A program made the translations under genes and the position numbers. The notes under the pieces are model-generated. The model was not told where the DNA came from, did no database searches, and worked only from the letters and a program-made list of their open reading frames with translations. This document shows, piece after piece, positions 17,653-27,485 of a stretch of 32,329 nt of DNA. The stretch comes from Acaryochloridaceae cyanobacterium VAR_48_metabat_390. Lineage in GTDB: Bacteria > Cyanobacteriota > Cyanobacteriia > Thermosynechococcales > Thermosynechococcaceae. The number at the start of each line of letters is the position of its first letter. Within the stretch, counting starts at the first letter, position 1. The DNA lies in assembly GCA_031422435.1 (NCBI GenBank), contig JANPLU010000065.1, forward strand, positions 1 through 32,329, in the 5' to 3' direction.

Positions 17653-19455
17653 TTAGGTAGGAATTTCTACTTTTTGGGTTTGCCCTAACTCAAAGGATTG
17701 ATGAACCGCCTGAAGAGCTTTAACACCCTCCTCCTTCGCCACGACACAGCTTACCCGAATTTCAGAAGTAGCAATCATCTGAATATTGATGCTGTTGCTA
17801 GCTAACGCCTCAAACATTTGTGCCGCCACACCTGGACGACCCAACATCCCCATCCCCACAATGCTCACCTTAACAATCTCAGAATCTGCCGTAATTTCAG
17901 CGCCTTCCATTTCACGACTGATTTCTTCTAAGAGCGTCTTTGCCGATGCCAGATCGATCTGCGGGACAGTAAAGGCAATATCACGGGTCATCACGCCGTG
18001 GGTAGCGCGCGATCGCTGGGACTGAATAATCATGTCCACGCTAATATTTGCCGCCGCCAGCTTCTGAAAAATGTGCGCTGCCATCCCTGGGCGATCGGTT
18101 ACGTTACGGATTGCCAGTCGCGCCTGTTTGAGGTCAAGGGCAACGCCGCGCACCGCAGGCCAGTTGGGGTCGATAAACGTCCGTGCAGGGGAACTCTCGA
18201 CCTCAAACTGGGTGCAGAGTTCTGCAATAGCGCGATCGCAGTCTTTTTTAGCAATCGTACAGCTCACGTTCACTTCAGAAGTCGAAATCATCTGAAGGTT
18301 GATATTGGCATCGGCTAACGTGCGAAACATCTGCGCCGCAATACCGGGTCTGCCAATCATGCCAGCGCCCACAATGCTTATTTTGGCAATCTCGCGGTCT
18401 ATCATCACTTCCGTTTGGTCGAGGCTGTCACCCCGCTGTTTTTGCAGCATGGGGCCAAAAGCCGTTGAAACCGCTTCGGCTTGATTAAGCGAAGCATGAT
18501 CGACCGTAAAGGCAATATCGTTGGTGTTGCCGTCATGAATAGACTGAATAATAAGGTCAACATTCACCTGCTGTTTCGCTAATACCCCAAACAGATGAGC
18601 GGCAATGCCAGGACGATCTTCTACGCGCAGCAGCGCTACTTTGGCTTGATCTAAGTCAAACCGAACGCCGTCTACGGGGTGGCCTAGCTCTAAGTTTTGG
18701 AGCGGACGGGGCGCAATATCGGGCGCAACAATTTTGGTGCCAGGTTCATCGCTCCAGCTTGAGCGCACCACCATCTGTACGCCGTAATTGCGGGCAATTT
18801 CAACCGCGCGCGGATGCAGCACCTTAGCCCCTAGGCTGGCAAGCTCTAGCATTTCATCGCAGGTAATTTCTTCGAGCAGACTGGCAGTTTCGACAAGGCG
18901 CGGATCGGTGGTAAGCACCCCAGGCACATCAGTATAAATTTCGCACAGGTCTGCCCGTAATGCTGCGGCAAGCGCTACCGCAGAAGTGTCTGAGCCGCCT
19001 CTGCCAAGGGTAGTGACTTCTAGGTCTGCGGTATTGGTAATGCCCTGAAACCCCGCAACCACCACGACCTTGCCTTCCGCAAGATGACGCTCCATCCGCT
19101 CGGTTTCAATGCCTAAAATACGGGCGCGGGTGTGGGCGGCTTCGGTCACAATGCCTACTTGCGCCCCCGTGAGGGAAATGGCAGGCTGTCCTAGGTTTTG
19201 TAGCGCCATGCTTAAAAGGGCGATTGTTACCTGCTCGCCCGTCGAGAGCAGCATATCCATCTCACGACGGGACGGGTTTTCAGAGACTTCATAGGCAAGC
19301 TGCACCAGCCCATCAGTGGTTTTCGCCATCGCAGACACCACCACCACCAGGGAGTGACCCGCATCGACCGTGGCCTTAACCCGCTCTGCAACGGCCTTAA
19401 TGCGCTCCGCCGAGCCAACAGACGTGCCACCGTATTTTTGAACGATGCGTGCCAT
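17653..19455 (-). CDS. lysC: Aspartate kinase (cyanobacterial four-ACT type)
   Basis: VQKYGGTSVG, TTLGRGGSDTSA, YTDVPG, two tandem ACT pairs. Confidence 0.96.
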   Translation of the reverse strand: MARIVQKYGGTSVGSAERIKAVAERVKATVDAGHSLVVVVSAMAKTTDGLVQLAYEVSENPSRREMDMLLSTGEQVTIALLSMALQNLGQPAISLTGAQVGIVTEAAHTRARILGIETERMERHLAEGKVVVVAGFQGITNTADLEVTTLGRGGSDTSAVALAAALRADLCEIYTDVPGVLTTDPRLVETASLLEEITCDEMLELASLGAKVLHPRAVEIARNYGVQMVVRSSWSDEPGTKIVAPDIAPRPLQNLELGHPVDGVRFDLDQAKVALLRVEDRPGIAAHLFGVLAKQQVNVDLIIQSIHDGNTNDIAFTVDHASLNQAEAVSTAFGPMLQKQRGDSLDQTEVMIDREIAKISIVGAGMIGRPGIAAQMFRTLADANINLQMISTSEVNVSCTIAKKDCDRAIAELCTQFEVESSPARTFIDPNWPAVRGVALDLKQARLAIRNVTDRPGMAAHIFQKLAAANISVDMIIQSQRSRATHGVMTRDIAFTVPQIDLASAKTLLEEISREMEGAEITADSEIVKVSIVGMGMLGRPGVAAQMFEALASNSINIQMIATSEIRVSCVVAKEEGVKALQAVHQSFELGQTQKVEIPT

Positions 19456-19461
19456 GAGAAC

Positions 19462-20766
19462 TTACCTATGCCCTGAATAAACAATGTTTCGCGCCATCTG
19501 AATCGCCTCGGCGGCGGTAGCGATCGCCCCTTCGGCGTGGGCTAACTCTAGCGCAGCCAAAAGCTGCCCCACCAAAGGCCCAGAAGCCAACGACAGGGTA
19601 TGCATTAAGACTTGTCCAGATACCAGCGGTGTGGGGTGGGCGATCGCACTTTCCCCGTTCAAAAACTCATCCACCAAGGGTGCAATATCGGCAAGAGGAA
19701 TACCTGCGGCGATCGCCACCACTGCCACCGCCGGAAACGCATCCCGCACCAGCCGAAACAGCACGTACTGCTGGCGACGACTAAGGGAACCCTGGCTCAA
19801 ATCTTGCCGGAGAGAGCCTAAGCCTTGAAGTATCGTCAGCACCAGGTTAATCTCGGCCTTGCTGTATTTCATTGCCTGGAGGGTTTGTTTGGCAATCTGT
19901 AGGTCTGGATTCACCAAGCCCACCAGCTTTGCCGTAGTAAACAGCGTGCGGCGCACCCCTTCGCCACTCTTGGGGCGATCGCTGAGGGTGCGATGCAGCA
20001 GCACTTCTAGCTGCGACCAACGCGCCGTCACTTCGGCTTCGGCCTGATCCATTTGCCCAATCAGCGCCAGACCTTCTGCCGTGGCATGGGCAAAAGATGA
20101 GCGCAGCAGTCCATCTTGCCAAAGATCGCTCAGCCACAGCGTGCCCTTAGCGTGGCTCAACAAATAGCTCAGCTCCACCCGAATCCGCTCAGCGGCAACG
20201 TTACACAGGAGCGGAGCCAAAGCATGAAGCTGAAGCCGCGTCTGGGCATCGACTGAAAAATTAAGCTGGGCAGCCTGACGATAGGCGCGCAGTAGCCGCA
20301 GCGGGTCGTCCTTGAGATTTTCCGCAGACACCATCCGCAGCGTTCGTTTTGCTAAGTCCTTACGACCGCCCAAGGGGTCTACCAGGGTTTGGGTATGGGG
20401 CGAATAGGCGATCGCATTTACTGTAAAGTCGCGCCGTTCTAGATCTTCAACCAGGCTATTGCCCACCTGAAGCGCAAAGTCTGCCGTGGCGTGGTCAAAC
20501 ACCACCCGCGCAATTTGGCGCTCAGCATCTAACACCACAAACCCCGCCTTGTAGTGACGGGCGATCGCCTGTGCGGTCTGGATAGAATCTTGCGGCATTA
20601 CAAAATCGAGGTCTAGGTACGGCGACGCATACTCTAAAAGCGCATCGCGCACACATCCCCCCACCAAATAAGCCGTAGTTGGAATCCAATCCAAACTAAA
20701 CGGCCAGTATTGGGGTGACAAAGCCGAAGACTGCAATAGCGGAGATTTAAGTAACAAAGAATTCAT
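19462..20766 (-). CDS. Class II tRNA nucleotidyltransferase, probably CC-adding type
   Basis: VGGCVRD, DLD, EDLERRDFTVNA, DDPLRLLRAYR, ERIRVEL; short segment between DFA and EDL. Confidence 0.88.
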   Translation of the reverse strand: MNSLLLKSPLLQSSALSPQYWPFSLDWIPTTAYLVGGCVRDALLEYASPYLDLDFVMPQDSIQTAQAIARHYKAGFVVLDAERQIARVVFDHATADFALQVGNSLVEDLERRDFTVNAIAYSPHTQTLVDPLGGRKDLAKRTLRMVSAENLKDDPLRLLRAYRQAAQLNFSVDAQTRLQLHALAPLLCNVAAERIRVELSYLLSHAKGTLWLSDLWQDGLLRSSFAHATAEGLALIGQMDQAEAEVTARWSQLEVLLHRTLSDRPKSGEGVRRTLFTTAKLVGLVNPDLQIAKQTLQAMKYSKAEINLVLTILQGLGSLRQDLSQGSLSRRQQYVLFRLVRDAFPAVAVVAIAAGIPLADIAPLVDEFLNGESAIAHPTPLVSGQVLMHTLSLASGPLVGQLLAALELAHAEGAIATAAEAIQMARNIVYSGHR

Positions 20767-20839
20767 GCGTTGCTAAGCTACAGGGCGACCGTCGGGTTTG
20801 CAAACACTCTACCCAACAGTCTGCCTGTTCTTTAACAAA

Positions 20840-20920
20840 TGGGCGAGGGGAGACTCGAACTCCCACGACCGAAGTCGCCACATTTTGAGTGTGGTGCGTC
20901 TACCATTCCGCCACTCGCCC
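20840..20920 (-). tRNA. trnL: tRNA-Leu(CAA)
   Basis: GGGCGAG acceptor stem, TGGCGGAATGGTAGACGC D arm, CCACA-CTCAAAA-TGTGG anticodon arm, long variable arm, GTTCGAGTC T loop; no encoded CCA. Confidence 0.96.
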
Positions 20921-20996
20921 TTGAATGAGGCTTTTCTATCTTATATCAGACTGAACGATGAGACAACAAGTTTGCGATCGCCCTCTGTCGCTTCAA

Positions 20997-21398
20997 TCAA
21001 ACAGGTGGCTCAGTTGCAAACAGGTCAATATCATCCATTGGGTAGTGTTGGCGATTGCCCGTCCACAAAGGACAGCGTTGCTGATGAGCGGTAGCAGCAA
21101 GCAAATAATCTTCTAGAGAAATGCCTTGAAATGCTTTTCGGTAGCGGTTGGCATAATGTCCCGCCACACGAGCTACTTCTCCATCGAGGGTCACAGCCTG
21201 ACACAACCCAAAGAAGGCTTCAATCTGGCGATGCTCACGCTTGAATGCGCCTGCATAAAGTTCGGCTATCACAATGGGCGACAGCAAAAATATCGTGCCA
21301 TGTTCCGCTAGCGCTACAAAGCGCTCAACGGTTTTAGGATGTTTCTTCATCAAGTGAATGACGACATCAGTATCTAAGACCAAGCGCTCAGTCGTCAT
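20997..21398 (-). CDS. vapC: VapC-family PIN-domain toxin
   Basis: LVLDTDVVI, IAELYAG, LEDYLLAATA, LWTGNRQHY; start 21398 or 21407, overlapping the antitoxin stop. Confidence 0.9.
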   Translation of the reverse strand: MTTERLVLDTDVVIHLMKKHPKTVERFVALAEHGTIFLLSPIVIAELYAGAFKREHRQIEAFFGLCQAVTLDGEVARVAGHYANRYRKAFQGISLEDYLLAATAHQQRCPLWTGNRQHYPMDDIDLFATEPPV

Positions 21399-21651
21399 TT
21401 TGCTCATTTTTGAGTATCCGGCTGGAATTACGGAGCGATCGCACGTATTGCTCTGGTTCGCAGTCGGCAAAGCTTTCTAGTGGTGTCATCTCTTCAAAAA
21501 ACTGGCGCACGTCACTGGTAGAGGAGTTGTGCTGAAGGTCTTTTTCGACTGCCCGACGAATCAACTCAGATATGCTCAGTCCATCAAATCTTGATCGTGC
21601 TTTTAGTCGCGCGTGAAGGTCGTTTGGCAGGTAAATTTGCGTTCGGTGCAT
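21388..21651 (-). CDS. CopG/RHH antitoxin (VapB-like)
   Basis: MHRTQIYL...SISELIRRAV ribbon-helix-helix directly upstream of and overlapping the PIN gene. Confidence 0.88.
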   Translation of the reverse strand: MHRTQIYLPNDLHARLKARSRFDGLSISELIRRAVEKDLQHNSSTSDVRQFFEEMTPLESFADCEPEQYVRSLRNSSRILKNEQNDD

Positions 21652-21669
21652 AGCCTGAAGTTTTTATTT

Positions 21670-21689
21670 GATGTACAGAATTATACATC
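21670..21689. promoter_or_regulatory. Palindromic operator upstream of TA operon (also fits NtcA GTA-N8-TAC)
   Basis: GATGTA-CAGAATTA-TACATC, 19-38 nt upstream of the antitoxin ATG. Confidence 0.55.
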
Positions 21690-21970
21690 GTTTGCAATAC
21701 CTTGATGGTTTCAACCAAAATGCAGTCATGTTCTGCCGATGATTCCGGGGCGATCGCTAAAATATTAGGCTCTACAGGTGTTCCAGGGAGGTCTGAGACA
21801 ATAATCGCCGCAATTCTTTGCTAGGCAAGACTTTTAGGGCTGGAGATTTCCAATTACCAAGGTTCAAGAGCTGTAAGGATTCCAGACTTTTATCATTGTC
21901 CATCTCCCTGAAATACCTATGGAGCCTTTTACATTTGCCGGATGGAGATTTAACGCTCTATTGCCTTCGC

Positions 21971-22867
21971 CTACTGTCGCCAGCTATTGCGACGCAGCAG
22001 CGGGTTAATAAGGTCGTTCAGCCCTTCTCCCACCAAAGACAGCCCCACCACCAGCAGCGTCATCGCCAGCCCAGGAAACAGCGCTGTCCACCAAATGCCG
22101 CCCGTCGATAGACCACTGAGCGCCTGTCGTAAATCATGTCCCCATTCCGGCACCTCTTCCGGTAGCCCCAGTCCTAAAAATCCAAGCCCTGCCAGGGTCA
22201 AAATTGCGTCCGCTGCATTCAGTGTGAATAGTACGGGTACACTCTGAATAACGTTGAGCAGCAAATATCGCGTTAGCACTCGCCACGGGGAAGCCCCCGT
22301 TGCCTGCGCCGCCTCAATAAATAGCTCGGTCTTCACGCTGACGGTATGGTTGCGCACCACGCGGTAATACTGTGGCATATAGGCCACACTTAGGGCGATC
22401 GCCGCATTCAGCACCCCGCGCCCCACCACAAACGCCACCGTCACCGACAGCAATAGCCCTGGCAGCGTATAGATTGTGTCCATTAAAAACAGCAGCGCAC
22501 GGTCTAGTCGACCCCCTAAATACCCGCTAAATAACCCCAGCGGCACCCCAATGACCAAGCTAAACAACGTTGCAACCACCACGACCTGGAGAGCGGCTTG
22601 AGAGCCAAACAGCGTTCGGGAAAATACGTCATAGCCCTGTACATCCGTCCCAAACCAGTGGGTCAACGAAGGCGGATCGTTAATAGGGTTGCTCAAAAAC
22701 TCCGTCGGATTTTGGAGCCAGCCAATGGACTGGAATAATGGCGAGAACAGCGCCGCAAAAACGTATAGCGCACTCAACACAATTCCTACAGCCATAAACT
22801 GTGTTGATAACCCAGACTGCGAGAGGGTTTTAAGGAAATGGGGGCGGCGGGCTTTAGCAAACGTCAT
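21971..22867 (-). CDS. Peptide/nickel ABC transporter permease (DppC/OppC-like)
   Basis: HWFGTDVQGYDVFSR, EAA loop (FIEAAQATGAS), LGFLGLG...PEWG. Confidence 0.92.
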   Translation of the reverse strand: MTFAKARRPHFLKTLSQSGLSTQFMAVGIVLSALYVFAALFSPLFQSIGWLQNPTEFLSNPINDPPSLTHWFGTDVQGYDVFSRTLFGSQAALQVVVVATLFSLVIGVPLGLFSGYLGGRLDRALLFLMDTIYTLPGLLLSVTVAFVVGRGVLNAAIALSVAYMPQYYRVVRNHTVSVKTELFIEAAQATGASPWRVLTRYLLLNVIQSVPVLFTLNAADAILTLAGLGFLGLGLPEEVPEWGHDLRQALSGLSTGGIWWTALFPGLAMTLLVVGLSLVGEGLNDLINPLLRRNSWRQ

Positions 22868-22990
22868 AGACAATTCACGCTTATCTTAAAGAATCAAAAT
22901 ATTTTAATGATGCAAAATTCACTCTTTCAGGTAGAATCTAGACCATCGTTTGCTTTTTTCAGCAAATCTTAGGTGTGTGAGGACGAACCC

Positions 22991-24328
22991 ATGACTCTCT
23001 CTCAAAGCTTACTGAATGATACGGCCTCTCTCTCAGAAGAAAAACCCGTCCTCCACATCTGGGGTCGATCTTCTCTGAAGGGAAATGTGTCGATTAGCGG
23101 GGCTAAAAACTCTGCGCTAGTTCTGATGACAGGCGCTTTACTGGCTTCAGATGCCTGTAAGCTCCGTAACATCCCCAACCTTGCCGACATTGAGAGCATG
23201 GGTAAAATTTTATCGGCCTTGGGCGTTAAGCTCCAGCGTGACGCGGATGCCCTCACCATTGATGCTAGCCATATCACTAAGACAGAAGCACCCTACGAAC
23301 TCGTTAGTCAGCTCCGCGCCAGCTTTTTTGCCCTAGGCCCTCTGCTTGCCCGTACAGGTATCGCTAAAATGCCTTTGCCAGGCGGCTGCGCCATTGGCGC
23401 ACGTCCTGTAGAACTCCACGTTCGCGGGCTTCAGCAAATGGGTGCAGAAGTTTATATTGAGCATGGCGTTGTAAATGCGTTTGCGCGTCGCCTTAAAGGT
23501 GCCCATATTTATATGGATTACCCCAGCGTTGGCGCAACCGAAACGCTAATGATGGCTGCGGCCTTAGCCGAAGGCCAAACCATCCTTGAAAATGCAGCTC
23601 AGGAGCCAGAGGTCATTGACCTTGCTGACTTTTGTAATGCGATGGGCGCAAAAATTTCTGGTGCGGGCAGCAATACCATTGTGATTAATGGCGTGCCCAA
23701 AATGCACGGCGTTGACTACACCATTATTCCAGATCGCATTGAGGCCGGAACGTTTTTGATTGCGGGTGCCATTACGCAGTCCGAAATTACGGTCTCTAAT
23801 GTGGTGCCAGAGCATTTGTTTGCGGCGATCGCCAAGCTCAAAGACATTGGCGTGGGCGTTGTGCAAGAAGACCGAAAGGTTCTTCGCATTGTTCCAGGGC
23901 TACTGCATCGCGGGACAGATATTGAAACCCTTCCCTACCCTGGGTTTCCGACAGATATGCAGGCGCTATTTATGTCTTTGCTGACGCTGTGTGAAGGCAA
24001 TAGCGTGATCACAGAAACCGTCTTTGAAAACCGTTTAGGCCACGTTCCTGAGCTGATTCGTATGGGTGCCCACATTAAGGTTAAGGGCAATCATGCCGTC
24101 ATTCGTGGGGTTCCATTTTTATCTGGTGCGCCTGTTTCTGGCACAGACTTGAGAGCATCGGCAGCCCTTGTAGTTGCAGCACTCGCAGCAGAAGGTCAAA
24201 CCACCATTTCAGGGCTTCAGTATCTAGATCGCGGTTATGAAAACATTGAGGCAAAGCTGCGGGGCTTAGGTGCACGAGTTGAGCGGGTTCAGGGTCAGCT
24301 TTCGCCTGTGCTTGCAGGCGTTTCCTAG
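22991..24328 (+). CDS. murA: UDP-N-acetylglucosamine 1-carboxyvinyltransferase
   Basis: [46 protein letters not shown]. Confidence 0.97.
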   Translation: MTLSQSLLNDTASLSEEKPVLHIWGRSSLKGNVSISGAKNSALVLMTGALLASDACKLRNIPNLADIESMGKILSALGVKLQRDADALTIDASHITKTEAPYELVSQLRASFFALGPLLARTGIAKMPLPGGCAIGARPVELHVRGLQQMGAEVYIEHGVVNAFARRLKGAHIYMDYPSVGATETLMMAAALAEGQTILENAAQEPEVIDLADFCNAMGAKISGAGSNTIVINGVPKMHGVDYTIIPDRIEAGTFLIAGAITQSEITVSNVVPEHLFAAIAKLKDIGVGVVQEDRKVLRIVPGLLHRGTDIETLPYPGFPTDMQALFMSLLTLCEGNSVITETVFENRLGHVPELIRMGAHIKVKGNHAVIRGVPFLSGAPVSGTDLRASAALVVAALAAEGQTTISGLQYLDRGYENIEAKLRGLGARVERVQGQLSPVLAGVS

Positions 24329-24351
24329 CCCAGAGAATGATCCAAATATAG

Positions 24352-24391
24352 AAATACCCCTAGGACTCTTTAATATGGCCTAGGGGTATTT
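24352..24391. terminator. Probable bidirectional terminator
   Basis: 13-bp perfect IR AAATACCCCTAGG / CCTAGGGGTATTT between convergent murA and BON genes. Confidence 0.7.
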
Positions 24392-24415
24392 TATTGGATC
24401 TTGATGAGTACCTTC

Positions 24416-24751
24416 TTAAGCAACAGTGACTTGAGAAGTGTCCACAGACGTTGAACCGTTGACTGAATTAGCAATATCAATCATTGAGTTAAGTGCGTTT
24501 TGACTAGAAACTTTTCCCTTTAAGACCACGGTTCCACTGGTTTGAGCAACCCACAGATCGTTTTCATCGGCAAGTTCAGCACTTTCATCAAAGGCGAGGG
24601 CAACGCGTTTGGCTAAGCCACTTTCGTCATATTCTCCATTCAGTCCTACTCGTTCGGGCGCAATGGCTTCTGCGCCCACAGCAGATCCACTCATAGCAGC
24701 CTGAGGGTCTGCGGGTTTCTCCTGTCCAAAAATTCGCTGTAGCCAACTCAT
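24416..24751 (-). CDS. BON-domain (phospholipid-binding) protein
   Basis: MSWLQRIFG amphipathic start; GEYDESGLAKRVALAFD; WVAQTSGTVVLKGKV. Confidence 0.85.
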   Translation of the reverse strand: MSWLQRIFGQEKPADPQAAMSGSAVGAEAIAPERVGLNGEYDESGLAKRVALAFDESAELADENDLWVAQTSGTVVLKGKVSSQNALNSMIDIANSVNGSTSVDTSQVTVA

Positions 24752-25000
24752 AACTAATACTCCTGTATGGATACTTTCTACACTTTATTGGACAACTTTA
24801 AGGGTTTATGGCTCAAGCCCTAAAAAAGTTTTTTACTAATTTCTGTCTAAGAATAGTTCAAGGTACAGCTGTTTCAATCGCTCCATAGACCAGTATCGAC
24901 GTTGATCGACAGGTTTGCTCAAGACACAGCCGATTGATTTGATACATTGTGGTTAAGTACAACATTAATGTTTTTCACTTCATTGCCTCACTCTTAACCC

Positions 25001-26194
25001 ATGCTTGACCTGCCGCTACCCAAACTCACACAACATCGTCAACAGTTTTCAGCACTTCAAAATAAGCTGTACTTTAACTACGGTGGGCAAGGACCGCTCC
25101 CCAAGGTGGCGCTCGATGCCATTGTGGAAAGCTATATCCTTATGCAGCAAGAGGGTCCTTTCTCCCGAGAAACCTTAGATATCATCACGGAGCAAATTGC
25201 CCAAACCCATGAGGCGATCGCCCAAGAACTTAACGTCCCATCCCATACCATCACCCTCACAGAATCCGTTTCGGTGGGCTGCAATATTGCTCTGTGGGGG
25301 CTGCCGTGGGTTAAGGGCGATCGCCTGCTCATGACAGACTGTGAGCATCCCGGCATTGTGGCAGCCGTGCAGGAACTCAGCCGTCGCTTAGGCGTTGAAG
25401 TGGATACTTGCCCTGTACTGGCCACCTTAAATGAAGAGGATAATGCGGCAGTAACGGCGATCGCAGCCCAAGTGCGACCCAATACCCGTCTCGTGGTTCT
25501 CAGCCACATTCTGTGGAATACAGGTCAAGTCTTGCCCTTGGCTGAAATTATTGCAGCCTGCCGTCGTCAGAACCCTGAGGTTTTGATACTAGTGGATGCG
25601 GCTCAGTCCGTTGGCGTATTGCCCCTCAATTTGACAGAACTCGATATAGACTTTTATGCCTTTACAGGGCATAAGTGGCTGTGCGGTCCCGACGGCGTAG
25701 GAGGACTCTATATCCGACCTGCTCTCCATGACATGCTTGCGCCCACCTTTATCGGTTGGCGCGGCATTTGTACAGATGCGTTGGGCTGTCCTACGGGCTG
25801 GAAGCAAGATGGCACAAAATTTGAAATCGCCACCTCAGGTTTTCCGCTCTACCGAGGGTTGCGGGTTGCCATTGAAACTCATCAGCAGTGGGGCAGCGCT
25901 GCCCAACGCTATCAGCGAATCTGCACCTTAAGTCAACGGCTGTGGGCACATCTTCAGGCAATTACACAGGTACACACGCTGCGAACCGCTCCTCCTGAAT
26001 CAGGGCTAGTCTCATTTCAAATTGAAGGTCAGTCCCATTCAGCGTGGGTGGAGATGCTAGAACGTCAACAGGTGATGGTGCGACTGATTGTAGACCCCAA
26101 CTGCATCAGAGTGTGTCTTCATTACCTCACCCTAGAATCTGAAGTAGATTTATTCGCAGAAAAACTGCGGGTGCTCACACAGCATAAACCCTAG
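25001..26194 (+). CDS. Class V PLP aminotransferase; cystine/cysteine C-S lyase (C-DES-like)
   Basis: YFNYGGQG, DCEHPG, SHILWNTG, DAAQSVG, FTGHKW. Confidence 0.85.
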   Translation: MLDLPLPKLTQHRQQFSALQNKLYFNYGGQGPLPKVALDAIVESYILMQQEGPFSRETLDIITEQIAQTHEAIAQELNVPSHTITLTESVSVGCNIALWGLPWVKGDRLLMTDCEHPGIVAAVQELSRRLGVEVDTCPVLATLNEEDNAAVTAIAAQVRPNTRLVVLSHILWNTGQVLPLAEIIAACRRQNPEVLILVDAAQSVGVLPLNLTELDIDFYAFTGHKWLCGPDGVGGLYIRPALHDMLAPTFIGWRGICTDALGCPTGWKQDGTKFEIATSGFPLYRGLRVAIETHQQWGSAAQRYQRICTLSQRLWAHLQAITQVHTLRTAPPESGLVSFQIEGQSHSAWVEMLERQQVMVRLIVDPNCIRVCLHYLTLESEVDLFAEKLRVLTQHKP

Positions 26195-26451
26195 GCTGAA
26201 GCCAGCTCTGGCGGTGAATTTAGGGTTGCACTAGACGGGACCCGTAAATAAACCAACGCAGCACTTTGAGTTGCTGATCGTACACTTGGCCTATTTAAGA
26301 CTTGGGTTGTGGGGTTCACGTTTGGAATCATGAGGGTACAAGCCGCCCACTGACCCTGGACTGCAACCCCTAACCTTTGGCACTCACCCCCGCGATGTCC
26401 AACAAAATCGTAATATTTACAGTATCGGCAAGAAAAATTAGAGTGTGTCAC
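26191..26451 (-). CDS. Small Cys-rich hypothetical protein
   Basis: GTG start; CxxCxxY...GxRGGxC..L...V.G.W.AC pattern. Confidence 0.7.
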   Translation of the reverse strand: MTHSNFSCRYCKYYDFVGHRGGECQRLGVAVQGQWAACTLMIPNVNPTTQVLNRPSVRSATQSAALVYLRVPSSATLNSPPELASA

Positions 26452-26954
26452 AAGATTAAATTGCTGCTCTAAATTTTGAACATTTAAAATGTTGAGGCAG
26501 TTTTAAGATGAATGCTGCTGAACTTAACTACTAAATGCTCCACCTTATACAAGAAGATAGAACTGGGGCGCAAGCAAAATCAAAGGAGGCTCTACACCGT
26601 TGAATTATGAGTATTTAATTCATTAACGCAGCAAAAACTTTTAACCTTTTTATTATAGGTTTTTTAATGAAATGATTTTTGCGTAGCCTATTCCCATAAC
26701 CCTTACGGAGAGGGCACTAGGCTGAAATAAAGCAGGATTAACACGTTTAGATTTTCTTTAGGTTTTGCTCAGAGAAACACCCCAAAAAATCAATCTAAAT
26801 AAATGTTTGTTAAGAAATAAGTTTTTATATTGCCTTATCTAAAAATACCCTGTGATTTTAGATGAAGAACGTTCGTTAGTTTTAAGTTGAGGTGATTTAG
26901 AACTGTATAGATTTAGGAATAGAATCAAAATCTGTCAACGGTCTTTGGATAGAG

Positions 26955-27485
26955 TTATCGGGGTACTTTGAGTAATTGAACCTCAATGTTGGCACCTACC
27001 TTTAGCCCAATGCTGGCAGCTACACCGCCCCGAAGTTCAATCACTTGGTCTGTCGGCTCATCGGGGCCATAGACAGGACAGGGATCAGACGTGCAGGGAG
27101 GAGTATTGGCGGCGATCGCAATAACTTTCCCCTGGCGCAAAAAAATCATGTCTAAAGATAGTCGGCAGTGTTTCATCCAAAACTGCACGGACTGCGGCGG
27201 ATTAAACGGAAAGAGCATTCCTCGATTGGTGGGTAGAAAAGTGCGGTACATTAGCCCCATCGCCTGCTGTTGTCGGCTTTTGGCAACTTCTAGATCAAAG
27301 ACCTGATTGGCAATCTTAGCCGTTGCCGTAATAGGAAGCACTTGACCAGGCAGCAGATGCGGTTTCACAGAAGCTGACACGGTTGGCTCCGCCTGAGTCT
27401 GAGGGATTGAATCACAGGACCACAGCAGCAGACTAGTAAAGCAAACTAGGCTAAGTCCAGAGAATAAATAACGTTTTCTAAGCAT
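26955..27485 (-). CDS. DUF192-domain protein (possible lipoprotein)
   Basis: LEVA...GLMYR...RGMLF...FWMK...LDMIF...VIELRGG; LLWSC near N-terminus; start 27485 or 27497. Confidence 0.9.
   Translation of the reverse strand: MLRKRYLFSGLSLVCFTSLLLWSCDSIPQTQAEPTVSASVKPHLLPGQVLPITATAKIANQVFDLEVAKSRQQQAMGLMYRTFLPTNRGMLFPFNPPQSVQFWMKHCRLSLDMIFLRQGKVIAIAANTPPCTSDPCPVYGPDEPTDQVIELRGGVAASIGLKVGANIEVQLLKVPR

Noticed and set aside
20798..21094. 98-aa plus-strand ORF
   Set aside because: Antisense shadow of tRNA-Leu and the vapC 3' end
21772..21903. 43-codon minus-strand ORF MDNDKSLESLQLL... between the permease and the antitoxin
   Set aside because: No recognisable motif, and the SD-like GGGAG directly abuts the ATG; unsupported
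20840..21970. Integrative element at tRNA-Leu
   Set aside because: No integrase and no duplicated tRNA 3' end seen in the window
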